A DNA stretch of 64,000 nucleotides, from positions 33,728,001-33,792,000 of the forward strand of contig OX597823.1 of assembly GCA_951406725.2 (NCBI GenBank). The letters are read 5' to 3'. Shown here in pieces: positions 1-13,400 of the stretch (the first letter of the stretch is position 1; the number at the start of each line of letters is the position of its first letter). A program made the translations under genes and the position numbers. The notes beneath the pieces are model-generated. The model saw nothing but the letters and a program-made list of their open reading frames with translations. It made no database searches and was not told where the DNA came from. Source of the stretch: Octopus vulgaris (taxonomy: Eukaryota).

Positions 1-584
1 CTTCCTGGATAGACAAAGATGGCTCATCAACACTAGTCTCAATTCTGTGTTGAGGTATTTCATCTGCCACTGAATACTCTTTAACACTGTCCACATAAGC
101 ATTGCTCGTAAATCAACAGCAGCTAAGGACTTCAGTAAATCACTTCAACCAATTTGCATATTATAATACATTCTGGGCTGCTTGTTCAATGAATAAATTA
201 CTGAGCATTAATAGTATTTTGCTTCAAGCCAATTCAATTTAGTTTTCAGTTTATATTATTTTATTATCTTTCTTTTCTTATTTCTTTTTTAGTTGTTACT
301 CTTGTATTTTATATCAACTACTGTAAATATATGAAGCAATTATTGTTACTTAATTATATTTTATTAAATATTTAGGTCTATCAATATTGTTTCACACGTA
401 TGTTTATTAATATTATTTCCCACGTTTATAACCTACAATGCTATACTTTGAACGTTAAGTTAAAAATTATCCAGAAGTAAATGAAATAATCTACTTATGA
501 CACAAGTTAATATAATGTTGTTACAAGTAAACTAAGCATTTTAAAATTCACTTGATTATGTTTTCTACTACAGAATTTATTGTA

Positions 585-740
585 GGTTGTGTGGTTAAGG
601 TGTTTGTTTCCCAGCCACATGACTTCAGGTTCAGCACCACCTTGTGGCACCTTGGGCAAGTGTCATGTACTATGGCTCTCAAACTTACCAAAGCTGTGTG
701 AGTGAATTTGGCACACAGAAACTGAAAGTAGCCCATTGTA
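585..740 (+). mobile_element. SINE family A (tRNA head + CORE-like domain), 5' half
   Basis: Matches 9310-9475 (GTGTGGTTAAG...GGTTCAG...TGGCACCTTGGGCAAGTGTC...GAAACTGAAAG) and runs into a (TG)n/(TA)n tract. Confidence 0.8.
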
Positions 741-758
741 TGTGTGTGTATGTGTGTA

Positions 759-798
<40 letters not shown>

Positions 799-965
799 TG
801 TGTATGCGTGTGTATGCGTGTGTGTGTATGTGTGTGTGTATATGTATGTATATTGACATATATATATATATATATAGTTTAAATTTACAGCAAAACAAAA
901 GATGAAGAGAGGTGTATGAACAACAAAAAGGTGTATTAGTTTGACGGTTGGGAAAGTGAGAAAGT

Positions 966-1001
966 CTTTAATGTTTCGAGCCTATGCTCTTCAACAGAAA
1001 G
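966..1001 (-). ncRNA. Degenerate minimal hammerhead-like motif in a Penelope-type repeat (~875-1050; paralogue at ~47935-48105)
   Basis: Minus strand reads CUUU-CUGUUGA-A-GAGC(AUAG)GCUC-GAA-AC-AU-U-AAAG. Stems I and II pair, but the core deviates (CUGUUGA). Confidence 0.45.
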
Positions 1002-1067
1002 AAATATGAGGAAATAAACAGAGAGAGAATAAAAAAACTTGTGTTGTAGCAATCATTCATGGTGACT

Positions 1068-1112
<45 letters not shown>

Positions 1113-1256
1113 TAGGTAGGTAGATAGATCGATAGATATCTGTCTGTGTGTGTGTGTTTGGTGGTGGAAACAGGTTAAATAGAACTCAAAACATATATAT
1201 TTTATAATTTAATCAGCCTTTCAATCACTTTGAAACTTCTGTCAGTAATAATAATA

Positions 1257-1317
<61 letters not shown>

Positions 1318-1334
1318 TAATAATAATAATAATC

Positions 1335-1765
1335 GCTTGAATACTCCAGAAGGTGCTTGAAAAATAAGAGGTGTTACCTTAGTTCACTGGTAGTGAACAT
1401 CTGACACTATAGTTCACCTCCGCCGTTAGAAGCTGTGCAAAGGCAATAATAACAATAACAATAAATAATCTCAAAATACAAAGATCTGGAAATAGGGGTA
1501 ACTTGAATGTAGAGCCTAAAAGCAGAAATAATTCCTATTATAGTAGATGCATTAGGTATGATAAAAAACATCCAGACAAATACATAACAGGACATAAAAG
1601 TATATATAACATATGGAAAATAGCACTGCACACATCCTACATAAAATACTTTTAATACAGTGAAAATAAGAACACCACAACAGAGCATAGCACATACCCA
1701 AGGCACACAGAGCTTAGCTCAGTAGTGCAGTGAAAGCACGTGATAAAAATATGTCTACTGAATAA
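1335..1765 (+). mobile_element. Two R4/Dong-like LINE 3' fragments in a (TAA)n array
   Basis: 1470-1760 decodes as decayed SKYKDLEI..T.M..LKAEIIPIIV.ALGMIKK plus 3'UTR, the same family as 45475-46095. 1335-1445 is a second 3' end. Both are flanked by (TAA)n. Confidence 0.75.
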
Positions 1766-2755
1766 TAATAATAATAACAATGAGAATAAGTCATAAAAAA
1801 GTATGTGTGGGCATTTGTACATCAATATCTACTAGTGCTTATATCTGTTTTTTCTATCTGATCTTTGTTATGGATCTTCTATAAGAATGAAGCTGTATAC
1901 CTTAATTTGTTATTTTTATATATGAAGACCAAGAAGAAATCTTGTGAAACAGAGTTTATGTTAACCTCTTGAAATTACCTGAGGAGACACATCTTTATGG
2001 AGAGATACACCTAAACCCGATGTTCAGTATCCCACCCATGGGGGATCAATGCTAGATGGGTCGAGATGATTGTAGTGAACAATAAAGATTCTTGTATCTC
2101 CCATCATCTGTCTCTCTCATTAATCACATACCCAACGAACACTAAGCCAATGAATGTGTTTTACCAATAAACTACCAGGTCTATAGCATACAATTTATTA
2201 ACTCTATATGTATTTACATATTCCAAAAAAATCCGAAGATTTAAAAATTATATTATGTATAAATATAATTTTATATATGTATATAAACTTACTTGGAAAT
2301 GGATGCATGGCATTCAATTAAATAATAAATACTAAATAATATATAGCATATATATAAATATATATACATAATATATATAGCATATATATAAATATATATA
2401 CATAATGGGTACAGGACATCATCAACGGTTCAAACAATATGAAATATGTAAACGAGAAAAAAAATGGAGAACAAAACAAGTAAACTCAGAGAAAGAACCC
2501 TTCATCGGTTATTGGTTGTCTATCTACTCCTCATTTCATATTTACCTTGCATTTACTTCACAATGTTTTGCCCTTACTCATGATCCTTTATACAATATAG
2601 GTCTACACAATGCTTCATAGTAATTATTCCATTACACACACACACACACACACATATGTATGTATGTATGTATGCATGCATCTATGTATATGTACACACA
2701 TATATTTGTATACACACACACATCTATGTATATATTTATATATATGTATGTATCT

Positions 2756-2803
<48 letters not shown>

Positions 2804-3305
2804 TCACACACATATCTGCATATAATTTACATCCATGAGTAATCTTCCCACATTCTTAACAATGGTCTTTATCCTTATATAGTATGATGCCTGCATGCAT
2901 CAGTTCGTGTGATTAGGCAATATTCTTTCCTGCTTTTCCATTCATAAAATTTTCCATGTTTTTAATTCTTCCTTCTTCTTAATGGTTTTATAGTTTTTCA
3001 CCTTCATCAATATCAATGGTTGTAAATCCATCGATAGTAACTTCAAACTCATTATGACTGTTAGCATTGTTTTGTTTTGACTTTGATTTTGATATCATTT
3101 TAATCAACTTCATCCGTTTTATTCAGCCTCATTCTTCACATTTCATATTTCTCTCATTCTAACATGATATTCTGAAGAGTATTAATGACATTGTATAATT
3201 ATCCCCAAAATACTCTTTCTACAGTAAATTAGATGTTGACCTTCAAATACTTTCAATTCAGACAGTGGGGCTATGCTGCTTTTCACCAACACATTTTTGT
3301 CATTT

Positions 3306-3354
<49 letters not shown>

Positions 3355-3449
3355 ATGTATGTATATAATTGTTAAAGAGGACAACAAACGTTAAGGCAAG
3401 GCAAACATCTCAATTCATATACATTATTATTATTGGAAAAAATTCGAAG

Positions 3450-3505
3450 CCTTACACCTGTTCTGGGATATCCCAGAGTATGGGATATTCTGTCATCAGA
3501 GATGA
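3450..3505 (-). ncRNA. Degenerate hammerhead-like motif (family of the 21 kb and 55.7 kb copies)
   Basis: Minus strand: UCU-CUGAUGA-...GGGAUAUCCCA-GAACAGGUGUA-AGG. Core and stem III carry mismatches. Confidence 0.4.
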
Positions 3506-3959
3506 ATAGGGAAAATGAGAAGAGTATAGATTAATGAAATGACCACACACACACACACATGCATAATACATATATATGCATACATACATATCTGTTTATA
3601 TGTGTGTTAGTGTGCATGTGTGTGTGTATATACATGTATATATATATATATGTATATTGGCCTGCTCATTTAGCTGGCGGGGTAGCGTTATTTGAAGGCT
3701 AAAACAATGCGAAGCGCATTGTGACGAGCGACGTGTAGCAACATCTGATAGCCTGGTCAGTCACAGTGATCACGGTAATATATATGTATTATATATATAT
3801 ATGTACATATATATATACATACACACACACATACACATTTTTGTGTTTATGTATGTATATTATATACATTAATACATGTATATACTGGCACAAATATAAA
3901 TACATATATGTATGTATATTCTATATAACCCAATATTCTATGCACTCTCATTCATCTAA

Positions 3960-4140
3960 GGTGGTGACTCAACAGGATCCTTAACACACCAGGCACAAAT
4001 GCTAAGCGACAACTCATCTTTTTCTAGATTCTGGGTTCAAATTCTGCCGAGACTGATTTTTGCCTTTCATCCTTTTGGGCTTGAAGAAACAAGTACCAGT
4101 TGAACACTAGAGTCAGTGTAATCATTCTGCCCCCACATCT
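3960..4140 (+). mobile_element. SINE family C (Meta/MESC-like central domain), decayed
   Basis: TTCTGGGTTCAAATTCTGCCGAG...GCCTTTCATCCTTTTGGG...AAGTACCAG, shared with 49081-49305. Confidence 0.7.
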
Positions 4141-4149
4141 TTGAAAAGA

Positions 4150-4600
4150 GCCTTAGACTCAATACAGATGGGTACATTAAGCTGCTGGAAACTGTGGTCA
4201 ACACTTGGCTGGAAGGAGTATGAAGTGGTTGATGGGGAATTTCTACACCATCCCTGGTTCCTGGCAACCTAATCCACCCCCACCCTACCCCTACCCCCAC
4301 CCGATTGTAATCCCATAGATTACTATGTGTGGGGTGTAGTTGAGAAAGACATCAACCACTCTGTCTGCAACACCAAGGCTAAGCTGGTGGCCAAGATCAA
4401 GGAGGTGTTCAATAACCTTCCCAGGGACACAGTAAGGAACATATGTGCCAGATCCCAGAGTCATCTTGCTGCGAGTGACTACATTGCATAAGCTGTTGTC
4501 TCCCAGCCATAATCTAGCCTATATTTTATGATTATTTTTAAAACCTTTTTATTTTTGGCTGGGTTGGTGTGTTTTCTTTCCCTTTAGCCTGAACACCCTG
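4150..4600 (+). mobile_element. Tc1/mariner superfamily (maT/DD37D-like) transposon, 3' relic
   Basis: Decodes DCNPIDYYVWGVVEKDINHSVCNTKAKLVAKIKEVF (SPDxNPxD motif region). Ends in a TIR-like ...GAACACCCTG followed by TA (4601-4602). Confidence 0.75.
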
Positions 4601-5100
4601 TACAACAGAGGGAATTCTATGTAAATCATAAAGACATTTGAGCATATGTGGCAGTGATACATAAACAAGGAATATAAAGGCCTGTGTGTGTTGTATGTAA
4701 AATGTGTTGTGATGGTGTATGATTGTGAAATAAGGGCAGAATAAGGGCAGGAATTTGTTAACAAGTTATGTCAAGGAAAGGCTGAATTCAAAAATGTTGA
4801 AGAAGTGACCATTAGAGATAATGTTAATGTAGATACTGCCATGTTGAATTGACACAAGTCAGTTTGCCATAGAAACTAAGGGTAGGAACAACATTGTACC
4901 ACAAGGATATCATAAAAAATTATCAAACATATGTTGTCAGACGTTACCAGATTTCTCCATCAGTGAAGCAATCTGATGACACCTTTCTTGGCAGTAATTC
5001 CTTACATAGGCAGGTAATTGGACCCATTGTAATTAGCCTTCTTTAATCTGTATAATTTCCCTGATACTTTCTGTGTGTGTGTATGTGTGTGTGTGTGTGT

Positions 5101-5140
<40 letters not shown>

Positions 5141-5736
5141 TTCTCTCTCTAATCACAGACACCATCAAATGTTTTTCACATTCCACTTTTGTTTGTTGGT
5201 GTTTAGGTCCCTCTCTCTAATTCTCTCCCTGTCCTAATCTTTCGAGGTCAGTCAAATAATGAAAGATTTATTGCAATCTGTCATCAATGTAACATTAGAT
5301 TTTCCTTCAAGATTGTTGCTGCTATATCTAGAGCTGTACAATCTCCATGGGAACCGTTCTGAGACATCAATTCTTCCCTATCTTCTATCTCATTTCTCAC
5401 CATTTCAAGTGTTTTACGGAACAATACAAAAATATGATCATCAAATTTTGTTGGTTTTTTTTTTGGTTGTTGTTTTTTTTCCTTCATTTCTATAGAAAAA
5501 AATTATATTATTTCATTTATTTCCATTCAATAAATACCTGGATTTTTTTTCTCTCATTTCTGATATGATATATAATATTGCAGCAGTGTTAGGATACCAT
5601 ATTAATGTACCATTAGAAGCAAGTCATTGATGTGCTGTGGGTGGTAGGAAACCAATGTGGATAGTGAGATTGTGGTTTAATGAACAGCATAGCACAGTGG
5701 TGGTGGACTGAACATGTGGTGGTAAAAAAGGTTTTA

Positions 5737-5875
5737 GCAGGAGTGACTGTGTGGTAAGTAGCTTGCTTACCAACCACCACGTGGCACCTTGGGCATGTGT
5801 CTTCTACTATAGCCTCAGGCTGACCAAAGCCTTGTGAGTGGATTTGGTAGACGGAAACTGGAAGAAGCCTGTTGT
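5737..5875 (+). mobile_element. SINE family A, 5' half with internal deletion
   Basis: High similarity to 9310-9475; ends in (TA)n. Confidence 0.85.
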
Positions 5876-7184
5876 ATATATATATATATATATACATATA
5901 ACATTATCTCTCTCTATATATCTAACAATGATTATCTAATTGCCAATATGATATCAGGTATTAATTTATGTCAGTCATATGTGTGTCATAGGTGTGTTAT
6001 TCAGGTAAATGATACAGTTATAGGATATAGGTGTGTGACACTGTAATAAAAATTAAACATTTGCTTCCTTTTTGTTAGTTTTCTGTTGTGAAATATTTAG
6101 AATTCCTGAAATAAATTTGACTTCTTTTCAATGTTTAAACAAAGGCATCCATAGAGGCAGACACTCTCAACTATGACCACCACTATAATTTTTCCTTGCT
6201 TATCAGCAAAATATGTTGGGTAGTGGTGTATGTGGTCATTTAGTGTGATGTATGATTTGCATGGAGCAAAGTTCCCCATGGTCACCTCTATTCAACTGTG
6301 ATGACCATCTTAGGTGGTACCCATTCATGTAGACTGGACTATCTCAACTTATGACCATCACAACAATTTTTCTCACATACCAGCAATATGATGAAAAGTT
6401 GTCTTTGTGATCCTTTAGTGTAAGATATGATTTGCATAGAGCAGTGTCTTCTACATGGTCTTCTGTATTTAAATGTGAAGTTTGTGTTTTCACTTTTCCT
6501 TTATTATGCTGGAGTTACATAAAATATATTTAACCTCTCTCTGTATGTAACTTTATAAAAATCACAGCACAACCATATGTTACATTGATCGCACTGGATC
6601 ATTGCATCCCACAGGATTTTGCAATTTTCATTCTCAGTGACTCCTTCTGGGGTTTGCTCATACCACATCTTTGTTCTTTGTTAGCCATGATTTCCACAGA
6701 TCTCCCAATGAATCATTCCTGCCACAGCTTTCTATGAGTTTTCCCAATAAGGCCCCACCACCCAATTATTGTAGGGCTGAAACATATAAAAAAATAAAAG
6801 AATAGGAATGGTTTTCTTTTGACTTTTACGATTAGACATGAAAGTTAGGTGAGAGGCTGGCGAAAGCTGCTGTCTTCATGCCCCCCACAAAAGTTTTACC
6901 AACAGTAGCATATTGGAATATGTATGCTTGGTAAATGAAGCCAAACCACAAGCTAGAACTAAGTGTCTATTATTTGGAGGTCAAGTAAATAAACCTTATC
7001 TAAGACCTACCATGGAACTGATGCTTATCTACTTACTGTTACTGTGGCAGATGAAAGACAAATTTACTCCTGGATGTGATATTAGTCTATTACAACGAGC
7101 TTTTCTCATGGAAGGAATTAAATGTTGTGCTGCAGCTATCAGTCCTACAATGGTGCTACTGCTTACAACAATAGCAGACTCAAG

Positions 7185-7432
7185 CAGGGGCATAGCTAGA
7201 GTAAATGGCGCCCAGGCCAAGCATCAAAATTGCGCTGCCACCCCAACCAAAGGGTGGAAACTCGCATAGTAAAAATGTTTAGTGGCATGGATGGTGATAA
7301 GCAAAACAAAATATGCTGGAAAAGGTTTAAAATTTTTTTTAATGGCTTCATTAAAAAATGATCTTGGTCAAACTTGCCCCCCCCCCATTCAAAGTGGTGC
7401 CCCCTGCTTTCCCCACCCTAGCTACACCCCTG
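7185..7432. mobile_element. hAT-type MITE
   Basis: TIRs CAGGGGCATAGCTAG / CTAGCTACACCCCTG; 8-bp TSD GACTCAAG (7177-7184) / GACCCAAG (7433-7440). Confidence 0.85.
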
Positions 7433-8814
7433 GACCCAAGTATAAAGTTTGAGTTTCTTGTTTAGTTGATTTTAGCTAAATATACACAGAATACCAAACA
7501 CAAGAATTTGATCCCTTGTCTCTAAATTTCACAGAAATGGCAGGACTGTGTGCTTTGAGAGTTTGCTTCTCAACAATGTGATTTTGAGTTCAATCTAACT
7601 GCTTGCTACCTTGAGTAAGTGGCTCCTGCTATACCCTTGGGCCAATCAATGCCTTTGTGTAGATTTGCTGAATGGAAACTGAAAGAAGCTCGTGTGTGTG
7701 TAATGTGTGTATGCATGTGTGTGTAATGTATGTCTGTATGTGAGTCTTTGTGTGGATGAGTTCATTGTTCAAATGCTGATTTATAAAACAATAGCTTCAC
7801 TAACAATATTCTTTGCTTGCAATTCATCGCAAAAGCATGTCTGGGCTTCTCGACATGTCTCAACATGTCACACAGGGTTTGTAAACAAAAGGCTCCCCCA
7901 AACAGTGTTTGTTGTTCCTAGTTCTCTGCATAAAGTTGCCTCGGCTGTTTGTTCTTCAGTAGACTTGGGCATTATCGCCTCTCTAGGAAACAAGTGGTGC
8001 TGGGTGGGTAGGTGGGGTGACAACAGGGTAGGCATCTGGCCGCAGTAAACTCGACTCCAACATACTTTTATCTGACCCATGCAAACCTAGAAAAGTAGAC
8101 ATTAAAACGAAGATGATGATGAAGATGGTGACAAAGATGGCTGCCATGGTGATGATGATGATGGGGATGATGTCACTCTACCCATGTGTTTCTCTTTTGT
8201 CTGCATGCTCATTACTGGCAGCCATGTTTGTCTTCATTAATGTTATTATCAGTTACTAATTACCTGTGTTATAATTGTAGTTACCACTAGCAACCATTGC
8301 CCTATACCAATATTTCCAGTCTGTTCTTGCTGTCATCTACACCTGTGCACCTATCACATGTTAAGTTCTGCTTCCTAATTAACCTGCTTGAGATTCTACT
8401 GAATACATTTTGTGCAACCATTGATTGAAATGAGCTGAAGGATATTCAGTTCCTATCAGCCATCTGCCTCTTTACTGAGCAACACTGCTTTCTGGATGAT
8501 TCTGAAGTTTTCGTTCAAGGACACGATTCTATGTTACAAATTTTTCTGTAACCCTTTGGCAGGTTCTGTAATGAGACCCAGGTTCTGGACATGTAAAAGT
8601 TCATGGGTGACAGCTAATTCTGAATTCTTGAGTAACTGACTACTCAAAGACTTGAGATAATAAATAATATAGAATTTACAGCAGAGCTCTGGTGTACTCA
8701 TGGTTGTAATCCAACAGTGAATTCACTGGCATTCATAATCTTTCACATGATCTAAAACCATGCTTATTTACCAGTCATCCATTCCCAGCTTCCTTCATAC
8801 AAAATGATATGAGA

Positions 8815-8827
8815 AATAATAATAATA

Positions 8828-8918
<91 letters not shown>

Positions 8919-8937
8919 TAATAATAATAAAAATAAA

Positions 8938-8988
<51 letters not shown>

Positions 8989-8993
8989 TAATA
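8815..8993. repeat. (AAT)n microsatellite
   Basis: Direct reading; explains the poly-N/I/Y ORFs. Confidence 0.98.
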
Positions 8994-9309
8994 AAATCCG
9001 AAACCAAACAATTCTCCCATAATTCTCTGCTAGAAACCATATTGTATTGGCCTCTTTTGTTGTGTTTTTATGAAGCTGCATTAATATACTGCTTCAACAC
9101 TTTGTCATTTTTTTTTTTTGGTAGAACATTCCAGCACAAACAGAAATCTGTTATATTCTCAGTTAACAACCATATCCTGCTTATTGACTGTGTTGCAGGA
9201 ACATGATGTAATAATAATAACAACAACAACAACAACAACAATAATAAAAGTAATAATCTTGTGTCTTGGCTGTCATTAAAGAAATATTTTACCAAGATAT
9301 AATCATATC

Positions 9310-9482
9310 AGGTGCAGGAGTGGCTGTGTGGTATGTAGCTTGCTAACCAACCACATGGTTCCGGGTTCAGTCCCACTGCGTGGCATCTTGGGCAAGTGTC
9401 TTCTACTATAGCCTCGGGCCGACCAAAGCCTTGTGAGTGGATTTGGTAGACGGAAACTGAAAAGAAGCCCATCGTATATATG

Positions 9483-9515
<33 letters not shown>

Positions 9516-9727
9516 TTGTGTGTCTGTGTTTGTGCCCCCAACATCGCTTGACAACCGATGTTGGTGTGTTTATGTCCCCGTTACTTAGCGGTTCGGCAAA
9601 AGAGACCGATAGAATAAGTACTGGGCTTACAAAAAGAATAAGTCCCGGGGTCGAGTTGCTCGATTAAAGGCGGTGCTCCAGCATGGCCGCAGTCAAATGA
9701 CTGAAACAAGTAAAAGAGTAAAAGAGT
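9310..9727 (+). mobile_element. Full-length SINE family A (tRNA-derived head, CORE-like block, internal (TA)n(TG)n, tail ending AGTAAAAG repeats); resembles octopus OR-type SINEs
   Basis: A-box-like TGGCTGTGTGG, B-box-like GGTTCAGTCCC, CORE-like CTTGGGCAAGTGTCTTCT, tail GGTGCTCCAGCATGGCCGCAGTCAAATGACTGAAACAAG. More than 10 paralogues in the window. The family name is from memory. Confidence 0.85.
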
Positions 9728-10087
9728 ATATTATAATTATTACTAACATTGTGTTGTTGCTGTTATGGTTATTATTATTCCATCCTTTTAATGTCTTCTC
9801 ATCTGTCACCATACTGGCAGTAAAAGAAATCTTCACAATCATCATCATCATCATCACCATTGTCATTGCTGTTGGTTGTGACAGCATCAGGGGCAGCAAA
9901 GTGGCAAAGTTGTTAGAGCATTGAACAAAATAAAATGCTTTGTGGTATTTGCTTTGAGTTCAAATCCAGCCAATCTTAACTTTGTTTTTCCTTCTTTGGG
10001 GATCAATAAAATGAAGTACCAGTCATACACTGAGGTAGATATAATCTAATGACTTTCTCTCCACACTTTCTGACTTTGTTAGAAACA

Positions 10088-10150
<63 letters not shown>

Positions 10151-10171
10151 GTTGTTGTTGTTGTTGTTGTT

Positions 10172-10549
10172 GAGTGAGAGAACATCCTGCTCAAAAGTAG
10201 CCCATTCCACTCAAAAGGTCCCTGAATAAGGGTTGTTTAAGGATGATTAACAAAACACTCATGTTTCCAGAGGTGAATTATTAAAATCCCAAAGAATTCC
10301 TTTCAACACACGGCTATGATGCTCCCCCACTACTTCTGCTCATGATCAGAGATGCACATATTGTCAGCCACTAAGGGATATGCTCAACTGCTTAAGGTCA
10401 AGCAAATTGACAAGCAAATCTGTGGTATTGAGCAGAATATTTACTGTAGCATATCTTTTATGCCAAGACAAAACAATGTACATGATAACACTTCCAATCA
10501 GTTAAGATCAGAAGCCATGAAACCCACTGCCTGTTATTGCATCAGGGCA
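10172..10549 (-). mobile_element. Internally deleted copy of the (TAA)n-embedded element at 63208-63766
   Basis: Reverse-complement match with the same two termini, flanked by (TTA/TTG)n. Confidence 0.85.
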
Positions 10550-10604
<55 letters not shown>

Positions 10605-10689
10605 CATCACTGTTTAGCTCAGGTTCGGTTTTATTCCTGGTAGGATTTATGTGGGTAACGGGTTACTACCTGTAACCTTAGGTATCCAC

Positions 10690-10950
10690 ACATTTTCAAC
10701 AGTCTTTCAAGTGCTTTAGAACCCCCTCCTGATAATCCTTGCTGTCCCTAAGAGACAAACTTTCTATAGGAGCTTTACCAGGCATTCTATTCCAATCTCT
10801 TTCAGCCATTTTGTCTATATCTTTGCTTACTCTTCCCAATGCACCAATTATTATACGCATGACCTTTACTCTTCTCATACTCCAAATTCTTCCTATTTCA
10901 AATTTTAAGGGATTGCATGCTTTTTGTTTTTCATCCTCTTTCTTTACAAT
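10690..10950 (-). mobile_element. R4/Dong-like LINE C-terminal (REL endonuclease) fragment
   Basis: PLKFEIGRIWSMRRVKVMRIIIGALG, then frameshifted ..ACLLGTARII; lies between (TTA)n tracts. Confidence 0.75.
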
Positions 10951-10952
10951 CC

Positions 10953-10988
<36 letters not shown>

Positions 10989-11121
10989 CAAATTCCATTG
11001 GGGTTGGCTGTGCCTTTCATCCTTTCAGGGTCAATAAAATAAGTACTAAATGAGCATTGAGTGGGTGGGGAATGTAATTGACTTTACCCCATCCTCAAAA
11101 TTGCTGGCCTTGTACCAAAAT

Positions 11122-11215
<94 letters not shown>
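11122..11215. repeat. (CTA)n microsatellite
   Basis: Direct reading. Confidence 0.98.
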
Positions 11216-11217
<2 letters not shown>

Positions 11218-11517
11218 GTAGTCTGAATTTTATCATGTGCTTTTACTTCACTACTGAGTGCGGCTTTGTGTGCCTTGCGGTGTGTGCAATGATTTGATGT
11301 GATGCTTTTATTTTCACTGTATTGAAAGTGTTTTATATAGGACGTGTGCAGTGCCTAGTAGTGCTATTTTCTGTATGTTATATATATTTGTTAATCTTGG
11401 TGTTTTGTTTGTGTATTTGTCTGAATGTTTTTTTTTTTTGTCATACCTAAGATGCCTACTATGATAAAAATTGTTTCTGCTTTTAGGCTCCACATTTGAG
11501 TTACCTCTATTTCCAGG
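11215..11517 (-). mobile_element. R4/Dong-like LINE 3' end
   Basis: Same family and orientation as 45475-45770. Confidence 0.8.
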
Positions 11518-13115
11518 ATCTGGGAGAAGTAATTCTGTTTCTATGATGCAATATGTCAGTCAATTTTTGATTTGGATTCTTCATTTAACCCCTTTTCAAT
11601 AGATACAATGATTTTCCTTTTTCATTAAAGTGTGTTGTGATAAACTTTTTAAACCTTTTACAGTCTAATTTTTATTTCATTTTGGTGATCTTTCTTGTTA
11701 CTTATTTATCTAAATTTAAAAAAAAAACTATGCTTTAATATGAAAAGGAAAGGTTATGTATCTCATTGAGCTTTATTTCTTTTAAAATGGTCATTGATTA
11801 AGTTCTTTCAGGTATTCAGTCTTTTAGTTTTAACTCGGATGTTCTTTAGAGTTTTGAAATGGCAAAGATGTTCCTGATTTTCTTCTATTAGAATGTTTAT
11901 AGTTTATTTCTTTGAAGATTTTCATCTCCATATTTCTGTTGAAATACATGGCTTTTGTTTCAATTAATTTTGAAATTAATTTGAAAAAATTTAGTGAAAT
12001 AACTTTGTCGTTATTAAACTGTTGTTTGGAACATAAATTAATAAGGTATTTTGAGGGAAGATTTTAATTTAGATAATTAAAAACTGGAAAATTGTACCAG
12101 AGAACAAGGGATGCACTCAGGAGGATTGATATCAAAAAGTTGAGAGCCTTTTCTAGCCTTTTTCATAAAATCAACCCCTTTATTATTTTTATTTTCAATT
12201 TCGTAAGTTTTACTTGTCTTTTAACTTATATTTTATCAAATACTGGTTTCTATCTTTGGACTGTTGCCATGCTGGGTTTGTTGGAAAAATTCAGCCTCTA
12301 GTACTTATTGTTAAGTCTGGTCCCTATTCCATCAGTTTTTTGCCAAACTGCTAAGTTATGGTGAAGGAAGGGGTTAAATACAGACAAACAGACACACACA
12401 CACTTGCACACATACACGCACAAACACACAATTGATGGGCTTCCGCACAGTTTTCATTTACCAAATTCACTCACACAGTATTGGTTGAGCTGAGGCTATA
12501 GTAGACACTTCTTCAAAGTGCTGCACCATGGGATTGAACCAGAAAGCTTTTGGCTGCATAGTTAAGAAGCTCACTATGCTTGGGCAGGGTGAGTGATTAG
12601 GGAGTTTGTGAGAGTGAAACAGAAGAGTGGTGGTAGAGGAGAGTGGAAGGGGGAATGTCGTGAGCAGTGGACATGAGTTTGGAAGGGAGTGGCATGATAG
12701 GAATGATAGAATTGGCCGGGGGGGGGGGGGAGAAATGACAAAGCAAGTGCAGTGGGGTGGGGGTGACAAGCATAGTGTATAAAGAGATGTAGTTTGGTTC
12801 ATTGGAGGTGGGGTCAATTAATGTAATGTGCTCTTCCAGAAATCAGTTACACTCTTTTTGAGAACCTCCATATTACTGGACATCTCAGTTCCTTGTCATC
12901 TCCTTTGTGAGGTTCAACATCTTGAGAGTACAGTTCTATATTTAAGAGATGAGGAATTATGTACATTATTTATATTATTTACATTTGACGGATATTGGTC
13001 CTCATCTTTGTTGTTAACACAATGTTTCGGCTGATACACCCTCCAGCCTTCATCAGATGTCTTGGAGAAATTTTGAACCTGGGTTCTCATTCCTAAGGTA
13101 TTTTTCCAGTGTTGT

Positions 13116-13147
<32 letters not shown>

Positions 13148-13177
13148 CTATTGTTATTATTATTATTATATGCCCAT

Positions 13178-13248
13178 GGGCATATAGCGTAGTGGTTAAG
13201 AGTGCAGGCTACTAACCCCAAGATTCTGAGTTCGATTCAAAGCAGTGA

Positions 13249-13252
<4 letters not shown>
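13178..13252 (+). pseudogene. tRNA-derived SINE head (not a functional tRNA)
   Basis: A box TAGCGTAGTGG, anticodon-like loop CTACTAA, B box GTTCGATTC. Stems pair poorly. Paralogue at 46173-46240 (-). Confidence 0.75.
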
Positions 13253-13295
<43 letters not shown>

Positions 13296-13357
13296 GTAAT
13301 AATAACAGCATCGAAAAATACCTTAGGAATGAGAACCCAGGTTCAAAATTTCCCCAA

Positions 13358-13400
13358 GACACCTGATGAAGGCTGGAGGGTATATCAGCCGAAACGTGTT
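13358..13400 (+). ncRNA. Penelope-type minimal hammerhead motif (this copy lacks 3 nt at the cleavage site)
   Basis: GACAC-CUGAUGA-A-GGCUG(GAGGGUAUAU)CAGCC-GAAAC-GUGUU. The inverted copy (~13016-13061) keeps GAAACAUU-GUGUU. Confidence 0.6.

Noticed and set aside
1-170. Possible minus-strand LINE ORF remnant (..VADEIPQHRIETSVDEPSLSIQE)
   Set aside because: Too short, too decayed and cut by the window edge.
6913-7269. 118-aa ORF as a host exon
   Set aside because: It runs into a hAT MITE and has no recognisable motif or splice support.
13178-13252. Functional tRNA-Ser(ACT) gene
   Set aside because: Acceptor and anticodon stems pair poorly, there is no long variable arm, and it sits in a repeat with a diverged paralogue.
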